From: an uncultured bacterium
GTDB lineage: Bacteria > Patescibacteriota > Saccharimonadia > UBA4664 > SCTI01
DNA: 64,000 bases
Assembly (NCBI GenBank): GCA_963721685.1
Contig: CAVRJJ010000001.1
Location: 4,555 to 68,554 of the forward strand
Direction: 5' to 3'
In this document: positions 27,406 to 39,345 of the stretch, piece by piece
Position numbering within the stretch: position 1 is the stretch's first letter
How the letters are laid out: every line of letters begins with the position of its first letter
The notes under the pieces: generated by a model
The model's input: only the letters and a program-made list of their open reading frames with translations
Told to the model about the DNA's origin: nothing
Database searches by the model: none
Position numbers and translations under genes: made by a program

Positions 27406-27945
27406 ATGGCAACCAAACCTACCATCATTAGTGACGCGGCGATTGCAAAGGCTACCGGCGAACCTTGGGCTCACTGGTTCGAGGTCTTAACAAAGAATCA
27501 CGCTGAAGAGATGCCGCATAAGGAAATTGCCCGCTGGTTGAGCGAGGAGAAAGGTGTGCCGCCCTGGTGGTGTCAAATGTTAACGGTTCGGTTTGAACAA
27601 GAGATTGGCCGGCGCAAGCCTGGGGAGATTGCAAACGGGCAGTATAGCGTTGGCGTTTCAGTGACCCGGGCGGGCTCCATTGATGAGGTTTTGGCTTGGT
27701 GGATGGAAAGGGTTGCGTTACTATCGGCGTTTAACGGAGTGGACTGGGTGGGCGAACCCAAGCAAACTAAGACAGACAAATGGCGTTACTGGAAGGTTAA
27801 GCTGGCTGACGGTTCGCCGGTGCTGGTTAACATTTATGAAAAAGCGCCCGGTAAAAGCGGAGTTCAAGTGGCGCAAGAAAAGTTAAAAGATGCCGAAGCG
27901 GTTGAACGCTGGCGTTCTTATTGGAAAGACTTTTTACAGCGATGA
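27406..27945 (+). CDS. hypothetical protein (DUF4287-like N-terminus)
   Basis: 179 aa soluble, Trp-rich. Confidence 0.3.
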   Translation: MATKPTIISDAAIAKATGEPWAHWFEVLTKNHAEEMPHKEIARWLSEEKGVPPWWCQMLTVRFEQEIGRRKPGEIANGQYSVGVSVTRAGSIDEVLAWWMERVALLSAFNGVDWVGEPKQTKTDKWRYWKVKLADGSPVLVNIYEKAPGKSGVQVAQEKLKDAEAVERWRSYWKDFLQR

Positions 27946-28541
27946 AATCATTCGCGATTGAACAAAAGATCGTACCACTAGCCAACCAGTACTATGTATT
28001 TGAGCTGGACGCGACAGGGGAAAAAGGCAGGCTGCTCGCCTTTGCCCATCAAAAACGGTTTGCCTGGAAAGAAAAATTTACCTTTTATACTGATGAGTCA
28101 AAAAACAGTGTCTTAATGGAAGTTCAAGCCCGCCAAGCTATCGATTTTGGTGCACGTTATGATGTAAGCGACGCCGCCGGCACCGCGCTAGGGGTAGTGG
28201 GTAAAGTGTTCGGTGCCTCAGTCTTACGCAGTACCTGGAATGTGTTTGCTCCCAACAAAGAGGAGGTCCCACTGGTGACAGCACGTGAGCGCAGCCAAGC
28301 GCTGGCAATTATTCGCCGGGTGTGGGAATTGTTGCCTATTATTGGTGAAATCCCTTTTTTCGTAAAATACCATTTTGACTTTATTGATATGCAAACTAAA
28401 GCTGTGGAAGGTAGCTACCAGAAAACCACGACCGTTCGTGACCATTACCGGCTTACTGCCGAGGATAACCTTTTAGGGAAAGTTGATTGGCGGGTCTTGG
28501 TGTCGCTAGGAATTATGATGGACGCTCTGCAGGGCCGCTAA
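27942..28541 (+). CDS. hypothetical protein (LURP-one/tubby-like?)
   Basis: start taken at the ATG overlapping the upstream stop (ATGA); no recognisable motif. Confidence 0.3.
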   Translation: MKSFAIEQKIVPLANQYYVFELDATGEKGRLLAFAHQKRFAWKEKFTFYTDESKNSVLMEVQARQAIDFGARYDVSDAAGTALGVVGKVFGASVLRSTWNVFAPNKEEVPLVTARERSQALAIIRRVWELLPIIGEIPFFVKYHFDFIDMQTKAVEGSYQKTTTVRDHYRLTAEDNLLGKVDWRVLVSLGIMMDALQGR

Positions 28542-28913
28542 CCACCGGCGCGTTGCTGTTTCATCGTTTTTCATTGCAACGAGCAAGTTATCTACCGAGT
28601 CAAAAGTTTGGTTGGGCCGATGGTGGTGTTTTAGTATGACCTTTATGGGAAGGTCATAATAATCTTCATCGGGTATATCAAGCAAGTAGGATTCAAGGCG
28701 ACGCTCGGTGTTGCCCATGGTGGTGGGGACGCCCAAGAAAATAATGGAGGGGTGGTTACGGAAATTTTTCAGGTTAGTAAACCCAAAGTAAACGCCATCG
28801 GCCAACTCAGTAGCGGTATGGAAGTTAGCGGTTGGGTACCCAAGCTTGCGGCCATTGCCGTGAAAGCGGGTTACGGTACCGCTAAACGTGCGCGGAAGAT
28901 TTTGTTGAGCCAT
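28506..28913 (-). CDS. monofunctional riboflavin kinase (flavokinase)
   Basis: 'GTVTRFHGNGRKLGYPTANF...GVYFG...FLG...E.YLLDI' is the RFK-domain signature; no FAD-synthetase domain attached. Confidence 0.65.
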   Translation of the reverse strand: MAQQNLPRTFSGTVTRFHGNGRKLGYPTANFHTATELADGVYFGFTNLKNFRNHPSIIFLGVPTTMGNTERRLESYLLDIPDEDYYDLPIKVILKHHHRPNQTFDSVDNLLVAMKNDETATRRWLAALQSVHHNS

Positions 28914-28939
28914 AACCTAAGTATAGTGCATCAAGGGTA

Positions 28940-30712
28940 TTAATCCTGGGATAATACCAGTACCGAGTACGGGCCAAGGTTAACAGCACCGGTATCTTTT
29001 GTTACTTCAACCTCCGGTGTGGGCGTGTTGTTGAAGTCCGGGCTATATCCTTGCCAGTCACTGTTAAACCGCGTCTTCCAAACTCCTTTTTGAGGAAATT
29101 TTGTGATGTAGCCGTTACGTTGCTCATTGGAGAAGTTGACCACAATAACCACATCGTCGCCTGGCCCACCCTGGTTCCAGCGGTGATAGGCCAGGACTTT
29201 GGTGCGCTCATCAAAGTGTTGGGTGTCGATGCCCCTGCCCATTAAGCCGGCTGTTTGCTGGTTGGAGTTACGGCGTAATACGATTAAATCTTTATAGAGC
29301 TGAACGATGCCATGAAAAGCTTCAGTCTTATGCCAGTCCAGCGCCTGCCAGTGGTTAAACCATCCGGTTTCCATGAACTCCTGGCCTTGAAAGAACATTG
29401 GTCTGCCGGGGGCGGTTAAGACCACAGCCGCCGCTAAAGCTGAACGCCGCCGAGCAAACAAGTTGTCGGCCGCTCCCGGGGCAATTTCTTCATTGAGGCG
29501 CTGATGTCCATTGGCGGCGGCATCATGGGACTCGCTATAGATTACCCTTTGGAATATATCTCCATTATAGTTTTTGGTTAACACGTCCTGGATGCTTTGA
29601 ATGTGTCGGTCGCTATCATGGTCGGGGTTAAGGATACTGCGCAAGACGCTGGGAAATGAGGTTTCCCATTGAGCCGAAAAGCCGGCCCCTCCTGCTTCAA
29701 CCGGCTTCGTTACCCATTCATTGGCAGAAATATCTTCAGCTATCATAGTTGCGGCCGGTTTTACCTCGCGGGCTGCGGTATTGAGCTCCTGGAGGATCCG
29801 CCAACCGTCGGGAAGGTCGGTGGAAGGATCATCGTTTGTACCCTTGGCATTACGGATGGCGAAAACGGCGTCAACGCGTAAGCCATCAACGTGGCAGTCC
29901 CGCAGCCACATGCGGACATTGTCGGTAATATACTGCCTGACCTCCGGCCGACCATAATCAAGCCGGGGACCCCATGGCGTGTCTCCGCGCCAGTCATTAT
30001 AAAAGTAAATGCCGCCTTTGCCGTCCTGACTCCACCCGTCGAACTGCCATAGGTCCATACCCGGATAGGGGCTCAAATGGTTGTAAACCACGTCCACCAC
30101 CACAGCAATACCCCGCCGGTGGGCGGCTTTTATGAATTCCAAAAACGCTTGCCGTCCACCATAAGCCGCGTCAATGGCAAAAAGGTGGTCGGGATCATAG
30201 CCCCACCAGCGGTCGATGGTGGTGTTGCTCACCGGCATAAGTTCAATGACGTTTATTCCCAAGTCGGCCAGGTAATCAAGCTTGGCGGCGGCGGTTTCAA
30301 ATGTCCCGGGGGTAGCCGAGTCGGTTCGGTGAAAGGTTCCAATATGTAGCTCATAAATAACCTGCTCATTAGCAGGGGCAATGGTAAACTCATCATTCTC
30401 CCAGTCAAAATGAGGGTCGGTAATAAGCGACGCGTCTCCAGAGGCGGTAAGCTGGAGAGCTCTCGGGTCGTTACGCTGCAGTTCGCGGTCGCCATTGCGA
30501 ATGATGTAGTGGTATTCTTGGCCGACTTTAGCGTGTCCTACTTTGGCTACCCAGTATCCGTCATCCTCACGGGTTAAGGGGTCGGACGTGCCCGACCAGT
30601 CATTAAAGCTACCGGCAATCGCGACGCTTGAGGCAAAGGGAGCCCACACGCGAAAAAGTACGCCGTCATCATGGACGGTAGCTCCCACCTCAGCTTTGAT
30701 TGTTTCACCCAT
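28940..30712 (-). CDS. glgB: GH13 alpha-glucan branching enzyme-like protein (CBM48 + catalytic domain)
   Basis: N-terminal 'FRVWAPFASSVAIAGSFNDW' CBM48 pattern; 'GLRVDAV' GH13 region II; 'GYDP' motifs. Confidence 0.65.
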   Translation of the reverse strand: MGETIKAEVGATVHDDGVLFRVWAPFASSVAIAGSFNDWSGTSDPLTREDDGYWVAKVGHAKVGQEYHYIIRNGDRELQRNDPRALQLTASGDASLITDPHFDWENDEFTIAPANEQVIYELHIGTFHRTDSATPGTFETAAAKLDYLADLGINVIELMPVSNTTIDRWWGYDPDHLFAIDAAYGGRQAFLEFIKAAHRRGIAVVVDVVYNHLSPYPGMDLWQFDGWSQDGKGGIYFYNDWRGDTPWGPRLDYGRPEVRQYITDNVRMWLRDCHVDGLRVDAVFAIRNAKGTNDDPSTDLPDGWRILQELNTAAREVKPAATMIAEDISANEWVTKPVEAGGAGFSAQWETSFPSVLRSILNPDHDSDRHIQSIQDVLTKNYNGDIFQRVIYSESHDAAANGHQRLNEEIAPGAADNLFARRRSALAAAVVLTAPGRPMFFQGQEFMETGWFNHWQALDWHKTEAFHGIVQLYKDLIVLRRNSNQQTAGLMGRGIDTQHFDERTKVLAYHRWNQGGPGDDVVIVVNFSNEQRNGYITKFPQKGVWKTRFNSDWQGYSPDFNNTPTPEVEVTKDTGAVNLGPYSVLVLSQD

Positions 30713-30769
30713 GCACTGACCCTTACTTACCTTCTATTATGCTTACGCTGTGAAGCAAATGCAATCAGT

Positions 30770-32077
30770 TTAGTATCGGTAATGTTCCGGTTTAAAGGGG
30801 CCGGTTTCGGGTAGCGCCAAATAGTCTGCTTGGTCGGAATTCAATTTGGTCAAGGTGCCTCCCAGTGCTTCAAGGTGAAGCCGGGCGACTTTTTCATCCA
30901 GTTCCTTGGGTAAGACATGGACACCAATCTTATAGGATTTTGCGTAGAGCTCGATTTGGGCCAGCACTTGGTTGGTGAAGGAAGCGCTCATGACAAAAGA
31001 GGGATGGCCGGTGGCACAAGCCAAATTAACCAAGCGGCCTTCAGCTAAAAGAACTATGCGGTGGCCATCCGGAAAAGTGTACACGTCAACCTGAGGCTTA
31101 ATTTCCTGTTTTTTGATGCCTGCAAAAGCTTCCAGCTCCGCCACCTGGATCTCTACATCAAAGTGTCCAATATTGCAGACAATCGCGGCATCCTTCATCA
31201 GCTTCATATGCTCAAGGGTGATAACGTCTTTACAACCGGTGGTCGTGACGAAAATGTCACCTCCCCTTACAGCCGCATCCATTGTAACTACCTCGTAACC
31301 TTCCATCATGGCCTGAAGCGCGCAGATGGGGTCAATTTCCGTTACTAACACCCGGCATCCGTAAGAAGCCAGCGACTGGGCTGAGCCTTTGCCTACGTCA
31401 CCGTAGCCGGCGACTACCGCGACTTTGCCGGCCAGCATAATGTCGGTAGCCCGCTTAATACCGTCAACCAACGATTCGCGGCATCCGTACTTATTATCAA
31501 ACTTACTTTTGGTGACGCTGTCATTAACGTTTATTGCGGGCAATTTTAATTTACCTTTTTCCAGCAGTTGATACAGGTGGTGTACCCCGGTTGTCGTTTC
31601 TTCGGAAACACCCTTTATGCCAGCAATCAGCTCGGGATGCTTATCATGAACCCAAGACGTTAAATCGCCCCCGTCATCCAGCAGCAAATTGGGTCCTTCC
31701 CCACTGGCAAAGGCTAAGGTTTGTTCAATGCACCACCAATACTCCTTTTCGGTTTCACCCTTCCATGCAAAGACAGGCACGCCCGTCGCGGCAATGGCCG
31801 CGGCAGCTTGGTCTTGGGTACTGAAAATATTGCAAGATGCCCAGCGGACTTCAGCTCCGAGAGCGGTTAAGGTTTCAATTAAAACAGCGGTTTGGATAGT
31901 CATATGAAGACTTCCGGCGATACGGGCACCCTTGAGAGGATGGCTTGACCCATACTCGGCCCGCAAACTCATAAGGCCCGGCATCTCCTTTTCTGCAAGG
32001 GTGATTTCCCGGCGACCCCATTTGGCCAAGCTAATATCGGCAACTTTATAGTCGGTTGTAGCGGTTGTTTTGGTCAT
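30770..32077 (-). CDS. ahcY: adenosylhomocysteinase
   Basis: 435 aa; '[17 protein letters not shown]', NAD-binding 'GYGDVGKG', strong full-length family match. Confidence 0.9.
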   Translation of the reverse strand: MTKTTATTDYKVADISLAKWGRREITLAEKEMPGLMSLRAEYGSSHPLKGARIAGSLHMTIQTAVLIETLTALGAEVRWASCNIFSTQDQAAAAIAATGVPVFAWKGETEKEYWWCIEQTLAFASGEGPNLLLDDGGDLTSWVHDKHPELIAGIKGVSEETTTGVHHLYQLLEKGKLKLPAINVNDSVTKSKFDNKYGCRESLVDGIKRATDIMLAGKVAVVAGYGDVGKGSAQSLASYGCRVLVTEIDPICALQAMMEGYEVVTMDAAVRGGDIFVTTTGCKDVITLEHMKLMKDAAIVCNIGHFDVEIQVAELEAFAGIKKQEIKPQVDVYTFPDGHRIVLLAEGRLVNLACATGHPSFVMSASFTNQVLAQIELYAKSYKIGVHVLPKELDEKVARLHLEALGGTLTKLNSDQADYLALPETGPFKPEHYRY

Positions 32078-32087
32078 GGTGTTTCTC

Positions 32088-33089
32088 CTAAAGTAACGCT
32101 TGCATATTTGGTAGTGACTGCTTGTAGCTCTCTTGGTAGCGCGTTGCTACTTGCTCAAACGTAAAGTCATGGTTTTGCGTGCCGGTCTGTTCAATCGCGT
32201 AGGCGGCACAAGTGGCCCCCAGTTGACCGCACGTTTGCAGATCCCAGCCGCGGCTATAGCCGTGTATGAATCCAGCGCGGTAGCAGTCACCGGCACCGGT
32301 GGGGTCAACGACTTGGGTGGCTTTTACTATATTGATAGTGATAGGTTTTTCCACCGAGGCACCCTCAATTACCGACCCATTTTTACCAAAGGTGGTAACT
32401 ACAACGGGCACTGAGGATTTAATGGTTTCGGCGCTGAGGCTTAGCCGGGCGGCTAAGGTGGCCATTTCGTATTCATTTACTATTAATATTTCCGCCCCTT
32501 CAATACCGGCCTTCATATCGGCAACGGGCAGGTTGGTAACCTGTTGGCCAACGTCGTAACAGAGGCGGATATGCCATTTTTTACACTCCTCCACCTGGCG
32601 CGCCATAGAGGCTGGATCGTGGGCTGAAACCACCATGAGCGGCTCGCCATTTTTCCAGGATTCAAGACTTAAGTCTCCGCTGTCTGCCATGGCACCGGGG
32701 TAAAACCCGGCTACCTGGTTTTCATCACTGTCGGTAATAACCGTGTAGGTAGCGGTGGATAAACCGCTATGATGGACGGCGGTAATGTTTACTCCGCGGT
32801 GGGCTAGTTTCTCCATATAGGCAGTCGCGTCTTTGCCGACCGATCCCAGCAAGATTGGAGAATTGCCCAGCAAAGCTAGGGTGTAGGCAATATTTGCTCC
32901 AATTCCGCCCTGGCTATCATGCAGGCTATCAAGCAACACAGAAACAGATAGGCTTCCAAGCTTTTCCGGATGAATAATGTCCTGATAGCGCCCGGAGAAG
33001 CTCATAATACGGTCAATTGCAATTGAGCCAGAAACGATAATTAGCTTAGGTTTTTCCACTCCGATATGGTAACAATCCTGGAGCTGCAA
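32088..33089 (-). CDS. adenosine kinase (ribokinase/PfkB family, mycobacterial AdoK-type)
   Basis: '[39 protein letters not shown]...[15 protein letters not shown]' parallels M. tuberculosis AdoK '[38 protein letters not shown]'; '[13 protein letters not shown]'; adjacent to ahcY. Confidence 0.65.
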   Translation of the reverse strand: MQLQDCYHIGVEKPKLIIVSGSIAIDRIMSFSGRYQDIIHPEKLGSLSVSVLLDSLHDSQGGIGANIAYTLALLGNSPILLGSVGKDATAYMEKLAHRGVNITAVHHSGLSTATYTVITDSDENQVAGFYPGAMADSGDLSLESWKNGEPLMVVSAHDPASMARQVEECKKWHIRLCYDVGQQVTNLPVADMKAGIEGAEILIVNEYEMATLAARLSLSAETIKSSVPVVVTTFGKNGSVIEGASVEKPITINIVKATQVVDPTGAGDCYRAGFIHGYSRGWDLQTCGQLGATCAAYAIEQTGTQNHDFTFEQVATRYQESYKQSLPNMQALL

Positions 33090-33151
33090 TACAAATTATG
33101 TAGCCCGTGCTAAAGTAGAATGAGAATCAAGACTTTCGTCTGAAAAATTGT

Positions 33152-33727
33152 ATGACCAAAGAAAATTTTAAAACCATATTGATTCCCTCGCCCTGGCAAA
33201 TCGCGGCATGTATGCTCGTTAGCATCTTGATTATAGTTGCGGTTTATTGGAATACCCTGATTGATATAATCGCTAAAAACAGCTCCACGTCAGCGAGTAC
33301 TCTGGCAGACAGCCTGGCCTCCTATTTATCCTCTTTTAGTACCCTCCCTTTTACGGGTAATATATTTATTATTTTATTTTGGGGGGTATTGGCGGTTGCC
33401 GTTTACTGCACAGGCTTAATCCTTGCCAATGTTTTAATTGATATGCGCAATAGCGTAGTTGTCACAACTAAATTCACCAAGCCAGCAGGTGCCAGCAAAG
33501 GAGTAAGCCGATTTCTGGTTCAGTTGGGCGCGGCGCTTGCCTTGGTGGGTTTACTGGTCGTCTGCGGGACTATTGTGTTTCCGTTTTTCATTCAAATGGT
33601 TGGGTCGGCTCTTTTGGCCGGATTTAGCCTTTCCGCACTAGCCTCGGCTGTTGTTGGTATTTGCGGGAACGCGGCAGCGCTCTATCTGATTTGGTCGCTG
33701 GCCCAAGTTGTTTTTAAGCTTTTATAA
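33152..33727 (+). CDS. hypothetical membrane protein
   Basis: 191 aa, 5 TM. Confidence 0.3.
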   Translation: MTKENFKTILIPSPWQIAACMLVSILIIVAVYWNTLIDIIAKNSSTSASTLADSLASYLSSFSTLPFTGNIFIILFWGVLAVAVYCTGLILANVLIDMRNSVVVTTKFTKPAGASKGVSRFLVQLGAALALVGLLVVCGTIVFPFFIQMVGSALLAGFSLSALASAVVGICGNAAALYLIWSLAQVVFKLL

Positions 33728-33776
33728 TGGCTATGGACGTTAGTCACATATCTTAGAATACCGTATAATAAATCCC

Positions 33777-35348
33777 ATGCAGCCATTAGCACTATCAGCT
33801 GAAGGACAGCGGCTGATCCAAGCTTTGACCATTGCCAACAAAGCCAACCTTACCCCGGAACATGATAAGGTCCACATTTCCGGTGTTGGCGGGCAGCTCT
33901 ACTTTGCCTATGAACAATTGCGGAACGCTGCTGAGTATGGTGAGCGTCATTTACTTGTAAGAAGGGCGATTGAGCGCTTTTTGTATCGTAACTGGCACCT
34001 GCAGAGCCGTCAACAATCGGTTGAGCTACCCATTGAACTGGTTTCTGAATTGACCCATGCCAGGTACTTGGAAAATGACAGTATTCCCCGCAGTTCCGTG
34101 CAGACTATTGACGCGATTATCCAGCGCTACACCAAGCTAGCCGAAGCCATACAGCATCATCACAAAATTTCCGGTGAAAAGCTTAAAGTCTGGATTTTTC
34201 AATCGGCTTCGGTTGAAATTGAGCATCAGCTCGTTCCGCATGCCCAAACTGACGCTTTTATTGATTTTGTTTATAATCATTATAAACAACACATTGACCC
34301 AAAGCTTTTTGACGGAGTAAATGAGCATACCAAAGAAGTGGCTCTTTACTGCGCGGTGCAACGGACATTATTTAAATCCGATATTGCCACCACCCGATAT
34401 TACGCGCTTACCGCCCGCCTTCATCAAAATGGCGCGGATACGTTGGCCTACTTCATCAACTTAAATCAGGCAGTCGACCGCCTTTATCAGGCACCCCTTA
34501 CAAATCGGGTAGGGCGTTTAATAAACCGCTCGGGGGGGTCAATGCGGATTCTGCGTGAGGTGGTTATGTCGACGAGCGCCCCTGAGCAGTTACTGTCCAA
34601 ACATGACGAACTGATGTCCCGGATTGCCCATGAAGCCGGGCAGCAGTATAAACTGACACGCAAGCGGCTAAATGAGGGGATTGTTAGGAGCGTAATATTT
34701 ATCTTTATAACCAAAGTTTTGCTTGGGCTATCATTGGAAGTTCCGTACGACCTTTTAGTGATTGGCGCAGTAGCCTGGACCCCGCTAATTATAAATACCC
34801 TGTTCCCGCCCCTCTACATGGCAACCATCGGCTGGGGAATTAGAACACCAGGAAGACGCAATACCGAAATTATTCAGTCTAAGCTTAGCCGTATTCTCTT
34901 CCATACCGACGATCCGCCCATACGATATCGCATACGCAAGCGCGTAACATCATCTGGCTTAAACTCTGCCTTTAACTTTGTTTACGCGGTCGCCTTCCTC
35001 CTTTCATTTGGCGTACTCATATATGCCCTGAGCCGGATTGGATTTAATGTAGTAAATGGCGCAATTTTCTTTGTCTTTCTTTCAATTGTAAGCTTCTTTG
35101 GCTTTCGCTTGCTTGAATCAGCCCGCGAGCTTGAAGTGGTTGACCAGCGCAAAAGCTTGTTAAGCGTGGCCCTAGACTTCTTTTACACACCATTCATCAG
35201 GGTGGGTCACTGGTTAACCGATAAATACTCGCGGTTGAACATCATTACCTTTGTGATGGATCTGGCGATTGAACTTCCCCTTAAGACGAGTCTGCGGGTT
35301 GTGCGCCAATGGGCTGGGTTTATTCGGGACAAACAGGAAGAGCTCTAA
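33777..35348 (+). CDS. hypothetical protein with C-terminal membrane domain
   Basis: 523 aa; soluble N-terminal half then 4-5 TM. Confidence 0.35.
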   Translation: MQPLALSAEGQRLIQALTIANKANLTPEHDKVHISGVGGQLYFAYEQLRNAAEYGERHLLVRRAIERFLYRNWHLQSRQQSVELPIELVSELTHARYLENDSIPRSSVQTIDAIIQRYTKLAEAIQHHHKISGEKLKVWIFQSASVEIEHQLVPHAQTDAFIDFVYNHYKQHIDPKLFDGVNEHTKEVALYCAVQRTLFKSDIATTRYYALTARLHQNGADTLAYFINLNQAVDRLYQAPLTNRVGRLINRSGGSMRILREVVMSTSAPEQLLSKHDELMSRIAHEAGQQYKLTRKRLNEGIVRSVIFIFITKVLLGLSLEVPYDLLVIGAVAWTPLIINTLFPPLYMATIGWGIRTPGRRNTEIIQSKLSRILFHTDDPPIRYRIRKRVTSSGLNSAFNFVYAVAFLLSFGVLIYALSRIGFNVVNGAIFFVFLSIVSFFGFRLLESARELEVVDQRKSLLSVALDFFYTPFIRVGHWLTDKYSRLNIITFVMDLAIELPLKTSLRVVRQWAGFIRDKQEEL

Positions 35349-35353
35349 GATAA

Positions 35354-36295
35354 TTAGGGTTGAAGTGTCTTTGAAATTTTAAAAGTAAAAGTACTGCCCG
35401 CGCCCGGTTTGGATTTAACCCCAACCTGGCCATCGAGGAGATCGGCAATTGTTTTTACAATATAGAGCCCTAGTCCGGTTCCGGCCATTTTAATGCTAAA
35501 CGCGTTATTGATACGTGAAAACTTTATAAATAGCCGTCTCAGGTCCCGGTCATCGATGCCGACCCCGTTGTCCTGTACAACCAAGATAATATGTTCGACA
35601 GTATCACTTAGGCTCACCTTGATAGCCCCTTTGTCGGGTGTATATTTGCTGGCATTGGTGAGAAGGTTTTCCATGGCCGTGCGCAGACATCTCCGGTCGG
35701 TTATGGCCGTTATTTCGTCGTCGGCAATAGCTACTTCCATGCTCTGATTATGTTCGTTGAGTCTGGGTTGGAGTTCAGTAAGGACTTCATGGAGCAGGGG
35801 AGCCACTTTAACCGGCTCAGGAAGTAATTTAAGCCGCTTTGATTCAAGTTCGGCTACGCAGAGCAGCCCTTCAATAATACGTAACTGGCTTTCATTACTG
35901 ATATTAAGCAGTTCCAAGTACTTCCGCTGCTTAGCGGTAAGCTTACCGGCATAATTTCCCAGCAACATGCTGGTAAAATTTTTGATAGCGGTAGGGTGGG
36001 TTCTTAACTGATGGGAAGCTAAAGCAATAAAAACTTCTTTGGTTTGTTCAAGCTCGACGTCGCGGCGGACTGCCCTCAGCAGGAAAAGCAATCCACCCAT
36101 AAGGACAATCGCTTCAATTCCTCCTACTACTAGCAAATAGGTTGACCAGGACTGGGGCGACGGTTGATAAAAACTCTTAATAAGCAGCAGGAGGACACTG
36201 GCAACAACTCCGGCAACCAGTACGCCAATACCAAGGCTGAGGAGCAGTTCAATCTGCAACCGACGGCTCAGCTTGGAGTATGACAGCAATTTCAT
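35354..36295 (-). CDS. sensor histidine kinase (2 TM)
   Basis: H-box 'LASHQLRTHP', N-box and 'GTGLGLYIVK' G2 box. Confidence 0.7.
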   Translation of the reverse strand: MKLLSYSKLSRRLQIELLLSLGIGVLVAGVVASVLLLLIKSFYQPSPQSWSTYLLVVGGIEAIVLMGGLLFLLRAVRRDVELEQTKEVFIALASHQLRTHPTAIKNFTSMLLGNYAGKLTAKQRKYLELLNISNESQLRIIEGLLCVAELESKRLKLLPEPVKVAPLLHEVLTELQPRLNEHNQSMEVAIADDEITAITDRRCLRTAMENLLTNASKYTPDKGAIKVSLSDTVEHIILVVQDNGVGIDDRDLRRLFIKFSRINNAFSIKMAGTGLGLYIVKTIADLLDGQVGVKSKPGAGSTFTFKISKTLQP

Positions 36296-36304
36296 ATTAT
36301 TAGC

Positions 36305-37567
36305 TTAACTGAGAATTGCTAAGGCTTCCAGATGTAGGGTCCCGGGATAAAAATCAAAGCCGGTTATCGTGTCGCACTGGAAAGTGGGTTGAAGCAGGGC
36401 AATATCTCTTGCTTGGGTCACAGGATTGCAGGATAGGTAGATCAATTGTTTGGGGCGGGCTTCCAGCAGCCACCGAATAACCCGAGGATGCAGCCCGGCC
36501 CTCGGCGGGTCAAGGATTACGCACTCAATGTCGCGCAGGCGAGCATTGTCCATGAATTCCGCGGCTATCGTTTCCGCGCTATAGTGAGCGACACCATTAG
36601 CCCGGGCATTACGTTCAGCAAACTCTACGGCTTCGGGCGTGGTTTCAATGCCGTGCACCGCCACACCACGGCTTGCTATGGGCAGGCCAATCGCGCCCAC
36701 GCCGCTATAGAGTTCCACGAGGTTGTTCGTTGCTGGGGTGATAGCCTGAACAATGGAATTTAGGGCTTTTTCAAAAACAGCGGTGTTGGACTGAAAAAAC
36801 GCGTTGTAGGGGTAAGCTATTTCAAGGCCAGCTAGTTTATCTGTTATGTAACTATCGCCTGACTGATAGGTAATAGGTCCGGGAGCTCCCGATCCTTGGA
36901 GTGGGGAAGTTACCAAGAAGTTTCCCAATGCTGCGGTGTTGATATCGCTCCAATTGGCTTTTGATTTGGTTGTTAAGATAGTTAACAGCTGGTTGGTGGC
37001 CCGGGCATGGCGCAATGTAATGGTCGCTTGTTCGATTTCAAACCCACGGGTGTTTAGCTGATCAACTAAATCCTGGGCCGCCCGGTTCATCTCTTCGCTG
37101 CCAAGTAGGCAGCCAGCTGGAAGGGGGATGAAGTTGTCCCAAGACCCTCGGGCATGAAAAGCCAGCTGCAGTTTTCCCTCGATTGATGTAACGGTAAAAT
37201 CCAGACGATTGCGATAACCCAGCTGAATTTGAGCCGGTACAAAGTCTTGCGCCGCAACCGTTAAGAGGTGCTGGGCATAGGCTTCTTTTAACATACCCTC
37301 CTTTAGCTCAAGCTGGTAGCTGTAAACCACACCTTGCCAAGGAGAGCAAACCAGACAATGGTCTTCAGCCGGTAAGGAACGTTGGGATGAAGGCTCGATA
37401 ATTTCACGCAAGGTAGCTTCGGCATAGGACCGCCGCTGTTTTTGAATCGCGACGCGTGCAAGCTCCCCCGGAAGAGGGCCTACGGCAAATACCGCCCTCC
37501 CATCCGCCAGATAGCCCATAGCTTTCCCGCCGGGTACAATCTTCTCAAACTTTACCAGTTGGCTCAT
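36305..37567 (-). CDS. RNA (uracil-5-)-methyltransferase, TrmA/RlmD family with TRAM domain
   Basis: N-terminal TRAM; 'ELYSGVGAIGLP', 'ILDPPRAGL', and C-terminal nucleophile Cys region. Confidence 0.75.
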   Translation of the reverse strand: MSQLVKFEKIVPGGKAMGYLADGRAVFAVGPLPGELARVAIQKQRRSYAEATLREIIEPSSQRSLPAEDHCLVCSPWQGVVYSYQLELKEGMLKEAYAQHLLTVAAQDFVPAQIQLGYRNRLDFTVTSIEGKLQLAFHARGSWDNFIPLPAGCLLGSEEMNRAAQDLVDQLNTRGFEIEQATITLRHARATNQLLTILTTKSKANWSDINTAALGNFLVTSPLQGSGAPGPITYQSGDSYITDKLAGLEIAYPYNAFFQSNTAVFEKALNSIVQAITPATNNLVELYSGVGAIGLPIASRGVAVHGIETTPEAVEFAERNARANGVAHYSAETIAAEFMDNARLRDIECVILDPPRAGLHPRVIRWLLEARPKQLIYLSCNPVTQARDIALLQPTFQCDTITGFDFYPGTLHLEALAILS

Positions 37568-37616
37568 TCAACCATTATAACCGGAACGTACCGGCGACTC
37601 TGGTACTATGGAGTGA

Positions 37617-38843
<1,227 letters not shown>

Positions 38844-38861
38844 GCGTGGTAGAGTAACAAT

Positions 38862-39344
38862 ATGGCTAGAAAGCAGCATCAGCGGCGCTACATTTTACAA
38901 ACGATTCAACCGGGGCTGGTAGGATTGATGGATGGTTCGGTTTCAACCTTGGCCCCCATTTTTGCCGCTGCATTCGCTACCCAAGATCCGCATGTTGCTT
39001 TCCTCGTTGGCTTGTCGGCCTCAACGGGAGCCGGCATTAGCATGGCCTTTGCCGAAGCGCTTTCAGACGACGGCAAAATATCTGAACGCGGATCGCCCTG
39101 GCGGCGCGGGCTCATTATGGGTGTAATGACTTTTTTAGGCGGTATTTTCCACACTTTGCCTTTTTTGATTTCAAATATCCACGTCGCCTTGGTTGCGGCT
39201 TACGCGGTAGTTGGCGTGGAGTTGGTAGCCATTGCCTATATTCGCTACCGGTATTTTAATATGAGTTTTTGGTTTTCGTGCCTCCAGGTAATTGTGGGCG
39301 GGGGGCTGGTATTTACGGCGGGGGTATTAATAGGCGAGTCGTAG
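38862..39344 (+). CDS. VIT1/CCC1-family (DUF125) membrane protein, short form
   Basis: 'GLMDGSVSTLAPIFAAA' matches the VIT-family 'G..DG.VST' motif; 160 aa, 4 TM. Confidence 0.4.
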   Translation: MARKQHQRRYILQTIQPGLVGLMDGSVSTLAPIFAAAFATQDPHVAFLVGLSASTGAGISMAFAEALSDDGKISERGSPWRRGLIMGVMTFLGGIFHTLPFLISNIHVALVAAYAVVGVELVAIAYIRYRYFNMSFWFSCLQVIVGGGLVFTAGVLIGES

Positions 39345-39345
39345 T

